DNA of 64,000 nucleotides from Vermamoeba vermiformis (taxonomy: Eukaryota). The notes under the pieces are model-generated. The model made no database searches, was not told where the DNA came from, and saw only the letters and a list, made by a program, of their open reading frames with translations. The translations under genes were made by a program, and so were the position numbers. The stretch is taken from the NCBI GenBank assembly GCA_045837725.1, contig JBEWZL010000102.1:62001-126000 (forward strand). Direction: 5' to 3'. This document shows, piece by piece, positions 11,836-23,534 of this stretch (the first letter of the stretch is position 1; each line of letters starts with the position of its first letter).

Positions 11836-13198
11836 TCATTCGACTTCAGAGCCCTGATGATGCACTTCCTCTTCGTGTTCATATTCAATTTCCTCTTCTT
11901 CATCGTCATCATCGTCCTCGTCCTCGTCTTCCTCTTCTTCTTCCTCTTCGAACATCAGTTGTTCCTCTTCGTCCGTCAGCAGCTCGAGCATATCCGCGCT
12001 CTGAAGCAATTGCAGATCTTTGAAGACTTTGACCTTAATAACAATCGTGTCATTATAGCACGGCAGATTGGCCGCGTCTGCACCGAATATTGTCCAAGTG
12101 AAGCCAGTGCCGTCAAGCTCGAGTGTTTTGACGAGGAAAATGCCTGGTGGTCCTGAATAGAACGAGCGGATCTCGCGCATTGAAACTTTTTCGGAGTGTT
12201 TGTTGAAATGGAAATATATTGGCTGCTCATCACCTTCGACTAACAACTCTACTGTAGTATACACTTGATGCTTTCGCTTAATTTGTACTTGGATCTCGTC
12301 ACCGATGCTTGGCAGCGTTGAATTATTATCAATAATAACTGCCCAGATCTGCCCTTGTTGTTCTGCAAATGATAAAGACTAACGATTAATCGTAGTATTT
12401 ACATATAATAAGCTAATGCAAATCATTCTAATGGATAGGCAAAGATGGTGCAAATGAATGAAGGTCGATGTTCGAGGACTTACCCCAGCCTTTGAATAAA
12501 TATGCGCCATCTATAGTACCCGGATAATAGTTCTTAATGTCGGGCAGTGTCACGTGACTGCTTGGTTTGGGAATTATTTGTCGAATAGGCTCGTCACGAC
12601 CTTCAACAAAGTACGTGACACGCGTTTGTTCTAAAACACAAAAATTTAAATATAATTGCTCTTATAAGTTATAATATATGGTTTTAATATATACTTACGT
12701 CTTTCTATTATTTTTACTTTAATTAATAAGCTAGGGTCGTCGTAGGAAAGTACGGGTGAGTTATCGTCCGTCAACAAATTCCACGCGTAGTTCAAATTCT
12801 CGCCAAATTCATTTGTTTGAGATGGATTGTCCAAATCTAATAAATATTACGTTAAAATAAAGCAAAAATAGCAGATCTGAACGTAAACGTACGTGTCTTT
12901 CTAAGCCAATTTTCTCGTTACGAATTAAACATGACTTCAATCAAAATATTTTAAAATGACAGAACATAATGTAAGAGTATTATATCATTGTTAAACGGAA
13001 TTTTAGAATTAAATAAAAATTACTGCAGTATTTTTCGAAGATCATACCGATAGTTTTAACAAAGAACATGCACTGTGGTCCTTGGTAATATTTTTTAATA
13101 TCTCCTAGCGTAATTTGTGATGAAGGCTTTGCGAAACCGATTGGTGACGCATCTGTGTCCAAACCGTACCAGATTAGCGTAGTTTGAATAGCCGTCAT
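11836..13198 (-). CDS. Protein with three tandem DIX-like domains and an acidic C-terminal tail
   Basis: Four GT-AG-joined exons give three repeats: TLIWYGLDTDASP..ITLGDIKKYY..FFVKT..TDDNSPVLSY; TRVTYFVEGRDEP..VTLPDIKNYY..YLFKG..IDNNSTLPSIG; TTVELLVEGDEQP..VSMREIRSFY..FLVKT..DAANLPCYND. These resemble the Dishevelled/Axin DIX pattern. Confidence 0.7.
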
Positions 13199-13712
13199 GG
13201 AGCTATATTATCACACGTGTATATACACAATAATAACTACGTCTGCTGTTGCTATCGCATTAAGGTCAATTTAGACAACCGTTGAACAAAATTTTGGATC
13301 AGCACGATCTATTTCAGAAGAACGGGACTACACGAATACAAATTGGAGCTAACGAACAAATATCATACAAAGTGTGCTCTAATTTGGCATGACAGAAGCG
13401 GGATCTGGTCACATCTGGATCTCTGAAGAAAGTTACCGTATCACCAGCTCATTTACCAAACTACGACCTAATGCAGCAACATCGATCGAGCAAACATGCA
13501 TGTAAACGTTATACTGCAAATCAGATAGACATCCGAGTCATAAGAGATATGACTAATGCAAGGCGAGACTATTACAAAAAATAAACACGCAGTTTTTTTT
13601 GTCTGCGTTATTTTTTATCCTGTGAAGAAAAGTAGCGCAACTACATTTGGCCAGCATTTCTTCGGTAATATTATTTTGCATAGACAAATTCGGCCGAAAG
13701 AAAAATTGAGTT

Positions 13713-15687
13713 ATGGAACCTCACGACGGAGATCCTAACCAGAAGATCAATGATGCTAAACAGTTGCAAGCACAAGGAGGCGCACCGCTAATTCCTTCAT
13801 TGCCCGGTCATGCTTCATATTCATTGGGAGGTACACTGAACGCTGACAGCTTAGGCGCTGGCTTCGTTAGTGTTCCTTCTACCGCGACGGTCTACTTCAT
13901 CTTCGAAGATGACAAATTCGATAAAATAGAAACCCCGAACAAGATCGTCCTTGCCAAGGGTATTCCGACAGTCCAGGACTTCTGTGCTACTATCAAGTCC
14001 CTATTCTTCCCCATACAAGATGTGACGCTCACTTGCTCTTGGATTCAAAACAATGGTCGACACCAGTACCCAGAAGACAACCAAAACCCGATCCCTACTA
14101 ACGACCGCAACGTAGTACTGCTACTAAAGACAAGACGTAAGTTAAAACAAGCCCGCCAAGTCGAAAAGTTTTAACAAATCTGTTCATAGATAATGAAGGC
14201 ACTCTACCGCACCGTATGAACCCTCACAATATACAGAGTAAGTTGCATAGCACCTTTAGGAATTTTTTAGAATTTTTTCTAATTTTTTGCCAGTGTTGCA
14301 GTTTTTGCAGCATCTAGGTACAAATTACGGATGGGACATGTCTGAGCTCATCTCAATCTTCCAACATCACAAGATCAATATCGACAATATTAGAAACCTT
14401 AAAGAACAGCACCTCGAAGAGTTTGGAATAAAAGAAGTCGGTCTGCGGATGACACTGCTTGACGCCATCCAGAAATACTTCAGCTCTAGTAAGCACTCAA
14501 TACTATACTATACAATCAACATTATGCTAACGTATCTTTATCATAGTTACTATGCCCGCAGTTAATATGTCCATGGGAACTTCAATGCACTCAGATTCGA
14601 CGATCGGTGTTAAGCGGAAGCTTGAGAACGCCTCTTCACGTAAGTATCGTTAGTATATAGTACCATATACATACTTTTGCAAATTAGATGTTATTTGTAT
14701 GATGTAGAAATTTTCGACAGAGTCCAACACAATCCAAACCCATGTTGACCTAATGATAGGGCTGATCCAAATAACATCAATTTAATTATTCTTATAATAT
14801 TTTTGAATATTTTTATCGGTTAGATATTAATTAGTTCGTTGTTCTAGCTATGGCCAAGAAATCCAAGATCATGAACGGTAGCGGGCAGCTCAAGAAGAAA
14901 AACATCAAGTTCAAGGACCTCGACGAACTCATCAACGAGCCTACGATCCCTGTAGGTGTTGGCACGCAAGTCCACTGCTCCGGTAGCGACATCCGCGGCA
15001 TTGTGGTGCTGAACAAGCAACGCAAGGCCATGATCGATTACACGATCGACAATAAGAAGAAATTGGCTACTATTCCCCAGTTCTACAAGGCAGTCACTGG
15101 CATGCCTTTGCACGCTAAAGGTAACGTCTTGGAGCTCAAAAACAGATCCTCGAATCCGATCAGATGTGCTTACATTAGCTTTATTAGGTTCATCCTGGGC
15201 CAACATCTTCTTTACAGACCCTGCTACTGGTCAAGCGCGGAGCTTAGAGGACTTGAAGTACTTGTTCAAGGGCCCTAAGAAAGCCATTTCAGCCTTCTTG
15301 TTCTTCTCGAAGGAAGTGCGCGACACGATCGGCAAGGACTTGAACAACGAAGAGTTTGCTAAGCGATCGGGCGAAGAGTGGAAGACCCTGCCTGAAGAAC
15401 AGAAGAAGGTAAGCAACTGTTTTGAAATTTTTGTCTGGATTGCATCCGCAGATGTGGATCTTTGTTACGTTGTGTTCGATTGGTACTGATTCACAATTCA
15501 ATAGAAATATCGTATGAAGGAAGAGGCCGACAGGGACAGGTACAACAAGGAGAAGAGCGAGTGGATGGCTCTCACTGGTCAGTTGGAATCCACGCGACAT
15601 TTGGGCATTGGAACATCACCGGACGACGTGAATGGCTCACCGGAGATGGATATCAATCCCATTGAAGCCTCGCTGACATCGTTGTAA
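13713..15687 (+). CDS. Putative chromatin protein with SAM, RAMA-like and HMG-box domains
   Basis: SAM: LKEQHLEEFGIKEVGLRMTLLDAI. HMG box: PKKAISAFLFFSKEVR..GEEWKTLPEEQK|KKYRMKEEADRDRY. Middle domain LDELINE..TIPQFYKAVTG..SSWANIFF..RSLEDLK is RAMA-like (less certain). Confidence 0.75.
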
Positions 15688-16008
15688 TATAGATGCTATA
15701 GAATCGATGTCAATCAATGTAAATTTTGTGTTTTGGAAGCAGCCGGATTCGATCGAATTATTGGATTCGGATTTGCAACCAAATTTTGTAAAAAGTAGTG
15801 GTAATATAAAATCGAAGACGCAATACGAGTACCATTGCGATATTCTTGTAATTACGCGTTATTTTAGCTCAGCACGCTTTGGGTGGATTTTTTGACAGGC
15901 AGTTTGACGTTGATTGGTTGATGGATTATTTTTCATTTTGTCCCCTCGCTCGCGCCATTCAAGCACATCACTTAGTAAAATATTGAATTATATTTGACCA
16001 ATTTCACA

Positions 16009-18723
16009 ATGGCTGACCGTAAGAGAGACTTGATGCCCGTAAAGAACAGAAACAGATCCGTTTCAGTTGGCATCTCGCATCCAATTACTTTTGGTGTGCC
16101 CCAAAAAGAGCCAATGCCTGATCCTGCTTCTAACAATGCCAATGGCAGTAACACTAATGCGGCTGCGCCATCTAAAAAGAGAGAGCTGAAAAAATACTTG
16201 GATACGACAGAGCGAGTTGTAAAGGACGTGCAAGCTCCTGCCCGCGATAAATTAACGATAGAGCAACTATTCAAGGATGATAAAATCGACACTGACTTGC
16301 TGAAGGATCACCTGCGCCGAGAAGGTAATATTTTTTAATTAGATCTGTGTTAGAAAATTAATCTTTTTTCAAACCGACTTTTCAAATTGCAAAGATATCA
16401 TTCATAACTCTGTTATATTAGTATTACCTGAATTAATAACGTGCTGATTTTGTTTGATTTATCAATAGAATGTTCTATTTTAATGGAAATGTCACTCGAT
16501 CTGATAAAAAAATCTCGTTTATTTACGTGAATTTATCTTATTTATTTACTCATACGCATGACTATAATAACGTGCAAATGCTTTTAATATTTTAACGCTC
16601 GAACTACCAATTTTAATCAAAAATATTTCCACAGGTCGTTTGGAAGCAGATGCCGCCAAACTGATAATCAGCAAGGCTATGGAAATCTTCAAAAATGAGC
16701 CTAACGTACTAGAATTGGAGACACCTATTAATTGTAAGTCAATTTCTGATTCAGATCCTGAGATCACGAATTTAAAAATTGAAAAGATTTTGTTGTTGCG
16801 TAATTTCAACGCAATTCTTAAATTAACGTATTATTTTAGTATGTGGTGATATTCACGGACAATACTATGACCTTATCAATATTATCGAAAACGTTGGAGG
16901 AGCACCTGGAGAAAATCAATATTTATTTTTGGGTGATTATGTGGATCGAGGCTGCTTTTCTTGCGAAGTTTGCTTTTTGTTATTTGCTTATAAGATCAAC
17001 TTCCCTAAGCGATTCTTCATGCTTAGAGGCAACCACGAATGCCGCGTACTGACTGATTTCTTCAACTTTAAAAACGAATGTAAGTAGCAATTTAATAATC
17101 AGATCTGACGTTATTTTGTTAGAAATTGAAAATATAGATTATAATACATATATTCCGTAGTTTAATTCCGTATTCTAATTTTACGGACGGTTTTTCGGCT
17201 GTCACAAATTAATTTTTTTTTCTTGACATGTCAAGAGATTCGATCAATCAAATCGACTATTATTTCCATTTATAGTAAATGCATCTTCATTACAATCTAA
17301 TGCACCGTCCCATTAGGCACCTTCAAATACGGCTCTGAGATCTACGACTTGTTTATGAACAGCTTTGATTGCTTCCCTGTTGCTGCTTTGGTTAATGCCA
17401 AATTTGGCAAGTTCTTGTGCATGCACGGTGGTCTCTCGCCTAACATTCACACGGTACGGCAATTTAAAAAAGGAATAATTTTGTTCAAACTCGCATTCCA
17501 ATCGAAAATTATTAATCGTTAAGAAACCAACCCTAAAATATTATTTGGCACCTAAAATAAGATCCAAATGATGCTTAGTGGTCGTTATATTAATATCGTT
17601 GCGTTATAAGGAGCTATAATTAATTTTGTCGTTTAGATCGATGACATCCGAAAGCTGAATAGATTTATCGAGCCTCCAGAGTCCGGTCCTTTGTGGTACG
17701 TTGATATCTATATTAAATTATACGATTACAATATTATCTAGCAGAAACAAAGAGAAATAGTATTAATTTTTTTTATCAGCGACCTTTTGTGGTCAGATCC
17801 GATGAAAGAAGACATGGCCGAGGATATTTCAGACGAAGAGTGGCTTAATTCGTATTTCTTGGCCAATCCTGAACGAGGCTGCAGCTTCATTTTTGGCTAC
17901 AAAGGTACGTTCGAACGTGTCAAAGTGTCAAAAGTGTCATTCGGATCTGACCTCCGTTCGCATAGCCGTCGAAGAATTCCTCGAAAAGAACGATTTATTG
18001 GCGATTATCCGTGCACACGAAGTACAATCAGACGGCTTCTATTTGCACCGATTCTTGTTGAGCGAGGAATACAGAAGTTTCCCGCCAGTGATCACAATCT
18101 TTTCAGCCCCGAATTACTGTGATTTTTACAACAATAGAGCTGCCTTGTTGCACTTGGCCGAGAACAAATTCGAGTTGAAGCAAGTAGACTGCGTTGATCA
18201 CCCGTACTGGCTCCCGGATTTCATGAACGCGATCAACTGGAGTGTGCCATTCATCTTCGAACAAGGTACGCGTCATTAATTCATAATATTTCCTAATTTG
18301 GAAAAAAAATCAATCGACACGAGACTAATTTTTTTTTTTGCGTCAGTCTCCGATTTCTTAATGAATATCGTTAAGTTGGGTATTCAAGAAGACATTGACG
18401 AAGAGAAGGCTGAAGTTGAAGTTGAAGGCACACAGCGCGCACCAATCACTGACGAGGAGCGTAAGAAGGGCAAGTTGCAAGCCCTCGACCGATTGATGAA
18501 GTTGATGAAGCAATTGAGGTGCGTGTCACTTTTGTAGCGTCACGCAATGTACTAATTTGGCTATAGAGAGGAGCGCGAAAAAGAATTGCAAAGCAACCCG
18601 CAGTACTGCACGATGGCTGGCGGTAAAAAGTTGAGCTTCAAAGAGGCTAAGACGACGGACATTACCAACGAAAGACACCCTGCTACTGTCAAAGGTCCTC
18701 GCAGAAGAACAAAGTCTTTCTAA
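16009..18723 (+). CDS. Calcineurin A-like (PP2B) catalytic subunit
   Basis: Spliced [37 protein letters not shown] and SAPNYC motifs. CnB-binding [14 protein letters not shown], a CaM-binding-like helix, and autoinhibitory-like [16 protein letters not shown]. Confidence 0.92.
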
Positions 18724-18984
18724 ACGATTGATTCCTTGTGATATATATCTCATTATGCTAATTTATTACGTAATATATAACATTAGCAACAACTCCCTTG
18801 TAATTTTCTAATAAAACGAATTTTATGCTAATTGACGCATGGCACAAAACGATCTTAGACAGGGTGAAAACAAAAGTAGCGTACATCCTTGCGTACTAAT
18901 AGGCGATCAGCGTAGACCTAACAAAGGCGTGAGCAAAGAACAAGGACGAGAAACAGAGTGAAATCGTGAGATCTAATCACATAC

Positions 18985-19173
18985 CTTTTGTGACGCAGTG
19001 AAGACAACCACTTCAAGCACCTGCGACACTTCAGCCAAGAAATGTTCGAAGAAAGGTCGTTTGCGAACATGCACTTCATAAGACACTCCATCGAAAGGAA
19101 CTTCGAATGTCAAGTCTGGGTTTGGAATCGGATCCAAACTGCAATGAACGAGTGTTTCATCCAAGTCAAGAAC
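18985..19173 (-). pseudogene. Orphan copy of the catalytic exon of the CTDSPL2-like phosphatase
   Basis: [34 protein letters not shown] with intact AG/GT sites but no upstream exons. Confidence 0.85.
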
Positions 19174-19253
19174 CTGGAGTAAAACGATGGTCAGCCGTTG
19201 AGCAAAAAAGGAAGCAAACAAAGGAAGAGAGCCGAGCAAAGGCAAAAAACAAA

Positions 19254-19325
19254 TTCCGATACCGGGAGTCGAACCCGGGTTTCATGGGTGAGAGCCATGT
19301 GTGCTGCCGCCTACACCATATCGGA
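19254..19325 (-). tRNA. tRNA-Glu(CTC)
   Basis: Cloverleaf TCCGATA..CATGG-CTCTCAC-CCATG..GGTTCGACTCC..TATCGGA-A, followed by a T-run; identical to 24947-25018. Confidence 0.95.
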
Positions 19326-19769
19326 ATGGTTAAGCGTCGTTCCAACATCTTTATGCTCCCATCGTGTCGGCACCACTTTCAAGCTCTTTTCGCTCCCTTT
19401 GTTGCCCTCTAGTTCGTTATCTCAACGTGCTCTTTTGCCGCGATCGTTGCACGGTACTAGATTAACACTTCAGTTAAGATAACTAACCTTAGTTATGTTT
19501 TTAAACTACCAGTGTTAGTTCCTTTCAAACCTTGTCGTTCGACGAGGCTACGCCTTGAACTCATTGGGACGTATTGCGAACATTGTTTCTCAGCACCACG
19601 TGCGTTTCAGAGAAAGGTGTCAGAAAGTTACGCTCTATCATTTTTCGTTCCTTTTCGTAGGTGTCACCACAACTAACTACGTAAGCTACTTATTATTTGA
19701 TTAATTTTAGATTTTTTTAAGCTCAACTAATTGGTGCTTTCCGTCGTTCAGAGATCTGTAAAACAAATA

Positions 19770-20576
19770 ATGGCTCAATTTACTCGCCAGGAAGTTAATG
19801 CATTATTGGATAACGGCGATTACCAAGGTGCTGTAAATCTTGCAGGCACTAATTGGACCCCGCACGGAGAAACCATTCTGCATCTGCTCGCAACTCACGT
19901 TCCAAAACCCGAACATGAGACTATTTTCAAGGAAATCGTTAGTCAATTATGCACCACTATGGATTTTGAACGACCTGACTATTATGGCGCCACTCTATTT
20001 TATCGGGCAGCGTTAGCTAAAAATCACCCCGTGATCCAACTGCTTATTGAATTGAAGTCTGACCCAAGACAAGCCTCAGCATTTAGCGGAAAAAGAGCCA
20101 TCGATCAATATAGCACATATGAGCCATTAGTTACATATGTGACCATGTTTGAACAGCGGATCATGGAAAATCCCTACGCGAACTTTTATTATCGAATTGC
20201 TGAACATTATCGAACCTCTTATTATGCACTTCATCATCCCAACCCCAACTTTTATCAAGACTACCCAGTAGCACCAATGATCAAGCTCCATAAAGACGAT
20301 TGGCCAACCGTCAAACAGATGCTCGATCGCGCAGATCAAGCCTATCGTTATTACATCACTAACGATGTGCCAGAAAATCGCAAAATATGCTTAATATGCG
20401 ATTGCACCACATCAGACTATTGTCCAATGTGCCATATAGTCCATATGTGCCGAGAATGCGTTGTTAACGTTTTTCCAATCGTGGATCAGCGTCGTCAAAT
20501 CCACGTCAACAACTGTCGCACTGGCAAGTTTAAAGCATGGGCTGCTGCTCATCCTGAACCCAACTCGAGCAGTTAG
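19770..20576 (+). CDS. Single-exon ankyrin-repeat protein with a C-terminal MYND-like Cys/His finger
   Basis: GETILHLLA and YGATLFYRAALAKNHPVIQLLIEL; C-terminal CLIC..CPMC..CREC..H...C. Confidence 0.7.
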   Translation: MAQFTRQEVNALLDNGDYQGAVNLAGTNWTPHGETILHLLATHVPKPEHETIFKEIVSQLCTTMDFERPDYYGATLFYRAALAKNHPVIQLLIELKSDPRQASAFSGKRAIDQYSTYEPLVTYVTMFEQRIMENPYANFYYRIAEHYRTSYYALHHPNPNFYQDYPVAPMIKLHKDDWPTVKQMLDRADQAYRYYITNDVPENRKICLICDCTTSDYCPMCHIVHMCRECVVNVFPIVDQRRQIHVNNCRTGKFKAWAAAHPEPNSSS

Positions 20577-20737
20577 ACTGATACTAGCTCACTAGAGCTT
20601 GTATCTTCGTTTACTTTGAATAAATTCAACTTACGATGTTTTGAAAGCTGAGGTCGGAAGTTTTCTTTGGTCCGATATGGCTTGGATGTACACGTTACTA
20701 TGCCTCAAGGTGTCAAAAACGTTTAGTATCCTAAGGG

Positions 20738-22803
20738 TTAATTATTTACAGGAACAGTGCCATAGTTGGGCACTGATTGAAACTTTTTTTTCGACAGCCT
20801 TTGCTTGCGGTGCCAAGTCCTGTACATACGAGGTAGGAGGCTGAAGATGAATGGCGTTAAGGCAGTAGCGACTGCGGCTGCAATTGGCCCGATGTAATAC
20901 AACGTGTTGCCATGCGTCAGAGCATAGTACGCGAAAATCTTGCCAAAGATGTCTAGCAGAATCCAGGATACGTGCCAGGCCTTAAATGCATTGTGCATTA
21001 AGACGTGACGCGAGATAGTTAGTACCCAGGTACAACAGAGGGTGAAGCCAGCGGCAGGTAGGATCGCGGGAGCCGGAAGATAGTCTTTGAGGAGGAAAAG
21101 TAACGTAAGGACAAGGGTCTGGATCGTCAAGAGCCCCGAATGAAGGAGGTTATTAAGAAGAACCTCCGCTAAAGAGTCATAAGTCAGCGGATCGGATTAA
21201 GTTTTTTTTGGATACGTACTTGCATCAAAACATTTGACGCGTTTTATCTGGTGATCGAACGCAGTTAAAACATGACCTCTGTCGTCGAAGAAAGTATAGC
21301 CAGAGTAAGCTCCACCAAAAGGCAACTCGTAAGCGAACCATTGATGAAGCGTAGTCAGATCGCGAACATAAGCTGGGATCAACTCGACTTCATGATGGCT
21401 TGTCTTGAGTATCAGCCTCGATTTATAACTATAATACATATTTGGACGTTAAAACGGCAATATTTAAAAATAGGAAGATCAGACTTACCTTCCGGGAGCA
21501 TAGACGTAATCTGGCCGAGGGAAGAGAAGGAGCTTATTCTCAGCCGACAGACTTCCTCTATCAATGCTTTGCTTCCAGGAGTCAAGCTCTACTTGCGACG
21601 GAGGGTTGATCAGGAGATTCGGTTGATCGGAAAGCGAAACGAAACCAACATCGATCGCGAGCTGTCTGGCGGTCTGGAAGGTTGCCAATCGTTCTTCGTA
21701 GTTCCAATTAGGATACACTACACGAAAAGTTCGATTCCAGACGTCTTTGGAATGATATCCAGTAAGCAACTCTCGCCACGTGATTTCTTGTTGTTGCATG
21801 TTTGTAATGGAAATTTGAAATGAATGAACAGAAATTTGTCCTTTTGTAGTACGGTTTGGCGCGCAGCATGGAAACGAAGCTGATTGGCTGGCCTTCAGGT
21901 GTTTGTGGATCGTTTCAGTGTTCAGCCTGCAACTCAAGGCGTTAATATCATTCATATAGTATAGTACATGCCCAATAAAGTTGGCAAACAAATATTGCCT
22001 TCGGCTGAAGTAAGATCAAGAAAGGTTGCAGACTTACGACTAGTTTTTGTTACTGGTATTCGAAATCAATGACCAACAAGCAAGCTCTACACCATTAGAC
22101 TCGCTTGCAGTTCTACTTGCTATCTTTTGGTGTCTTTTGGCATTGATCGCGATAACGTTGAACGTGTACATCTCACCTCCAACAGGTTCGTGAGCTCGTT
22201 GACCATCTCCAAAGCGATGTACTTTGATAAAATGACCATCAGGGACATTTAGCAAGCTCCTAACGTGCGGATGTTCAAAGTCGTAACGAACACTGATTTT
22301 TAATGTATTCCTCGTGTCCAGAAAAATGTAATAATATGGCTAAAAATTACAATTGGTTAGCTAAAGTATCTTTTGATGCAAAATGCAGCTTGCAAAAACT
22401 TCCAAAGCTCAAAAAAAAATTTGTTGAGATTACCTACCAAACTTGCAACATAATCGTTCCAATGTTGTTCTACGAAGCTCAAATATGGTTGTACAGGATA
22501 TTGCCACAAGTTTAATAAATAACACATTAGCTCTGGTGAGTATTCGCCTGGATTCGTTTCTTTGCTCCAAAAATACAACAAGTACCCAAACTGTACTATT
22601 GTATTACCAAAAGCGCGTTTGTCACACTTATAATCATTTTGCACGAGCCATTTTATAAATTTATCAGCAAAAGCAGCGTAGAGTTTGCCTTGGTGAGGCC
22701 GGATGTTGAGTTTCGCTCGCGCAGCAAGATCCATTAACACACTTGTCGTACGATAAACTCTCTCATTCGATATCGGCTTTTTGAATTTTTTTCGTGCGCT
22801 CAT
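20738..22803 (-). CDS. Hypothetical multi-exon protein with C-terminal TM helices (possibly two genes; apparent frameshifts)
   Basis: ORFs 22357-22803, 22040-22255, 21485-21991, 21197-21439 and 20738-21130 can mostly be joined by GT-AG introns; the end is hydrophobic. No family recognised. Confidence 0.45.
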
Positions 22804-23094
22804 TTGTGTTTGTTTAGTTTTGCGCAGGAAAGGAATGAAAAAAAAGGAGCAAAGAACAACCTCAAGGCGGGACAAAGGCCGAAATTTGCGTGCACGTTAC
22901 TGCCTGCCTGGTGTGTTTAAAATCGCGCAATACCAGCACCATCAAAGCACAGGGACAGGTACCGCTGTCAATCGAAATCTCACCGGCAAAATTCGGAAAA
23001 ATAAGTGACATGATGTTGAAACTTCCAGATCAAAAAAAAGATGTAATTGAGCTGGTATTGCATTAAAATGCATGGCAAACGAGCAAAAAATGAA

Positions 23095-23167
23095 TTCCGA
23101 TACCGGGAGTCGAACCCGGGGCCCCTGGGTGAAAACCAGAAATGTTAACCGCCTACACCATATCGGA
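23095..23167 (-). tRNA. tRNA-Glu(TTC)
   Basis: TCCGATA..TCTGG-TTTTCAC-CCAGG..GGTTCGACTCC..TATCGGA-A with a downstream T6 terminator. Confidence 0.95.
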
Positions 23168-23534
23168 TTTGATTGTTCGCCCTCTCGCGACCTACTTGAT
23201 CTCGTCCGGAAGTAAAAAGAAAGAGAGATTTTTCCTTCTTCCCGCCACGCATTTTATGTTAGAATTTGCGCGATATCGTGCTGTTTTAATACTTATAGGT
23301 CCAATCGATGGTTTATCGTCGTTATTGTGTGGCCCAACTTTTTAGCGAAGAAAAAGTAACCGTTGTGGGAAATCATTTTGTTTTCCTTTTTTGAACAGAC
23401 TACCATACACCACGTTTGTTTAAAGAACCCAACGTATAGTTGTTATATAATTATTTGTACATAGTCAATCAGCTTGTATTATATTGTTTATGAAAACGAT
23501 CTAAATCAGACCAAATCTACAATCTACGCAAGAA

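Larger units (their letters stand above)
18898..19459 (-). repeat. Inverted duplicate (~570 bp) of 24812-25393, carrying tRNA-Glu(CTC), the DLDET exon and the next intron of the CTDSPL2-like gene
   Basis: Reverse complement matches 24812-25393 from TAGTA-CGTGCAACGATCGCGGC to GCTGATCGCCTATT. Confidence 0.95.

Noticed and set aside
19460-23090. Endogenous viral or prophage-like island between tRNA-Glu genes
   Set aside because: The minus-strand ORFs mostly join through ordinary GT-AG introns, and no capsid, integrase or polymerase motifs are visible.
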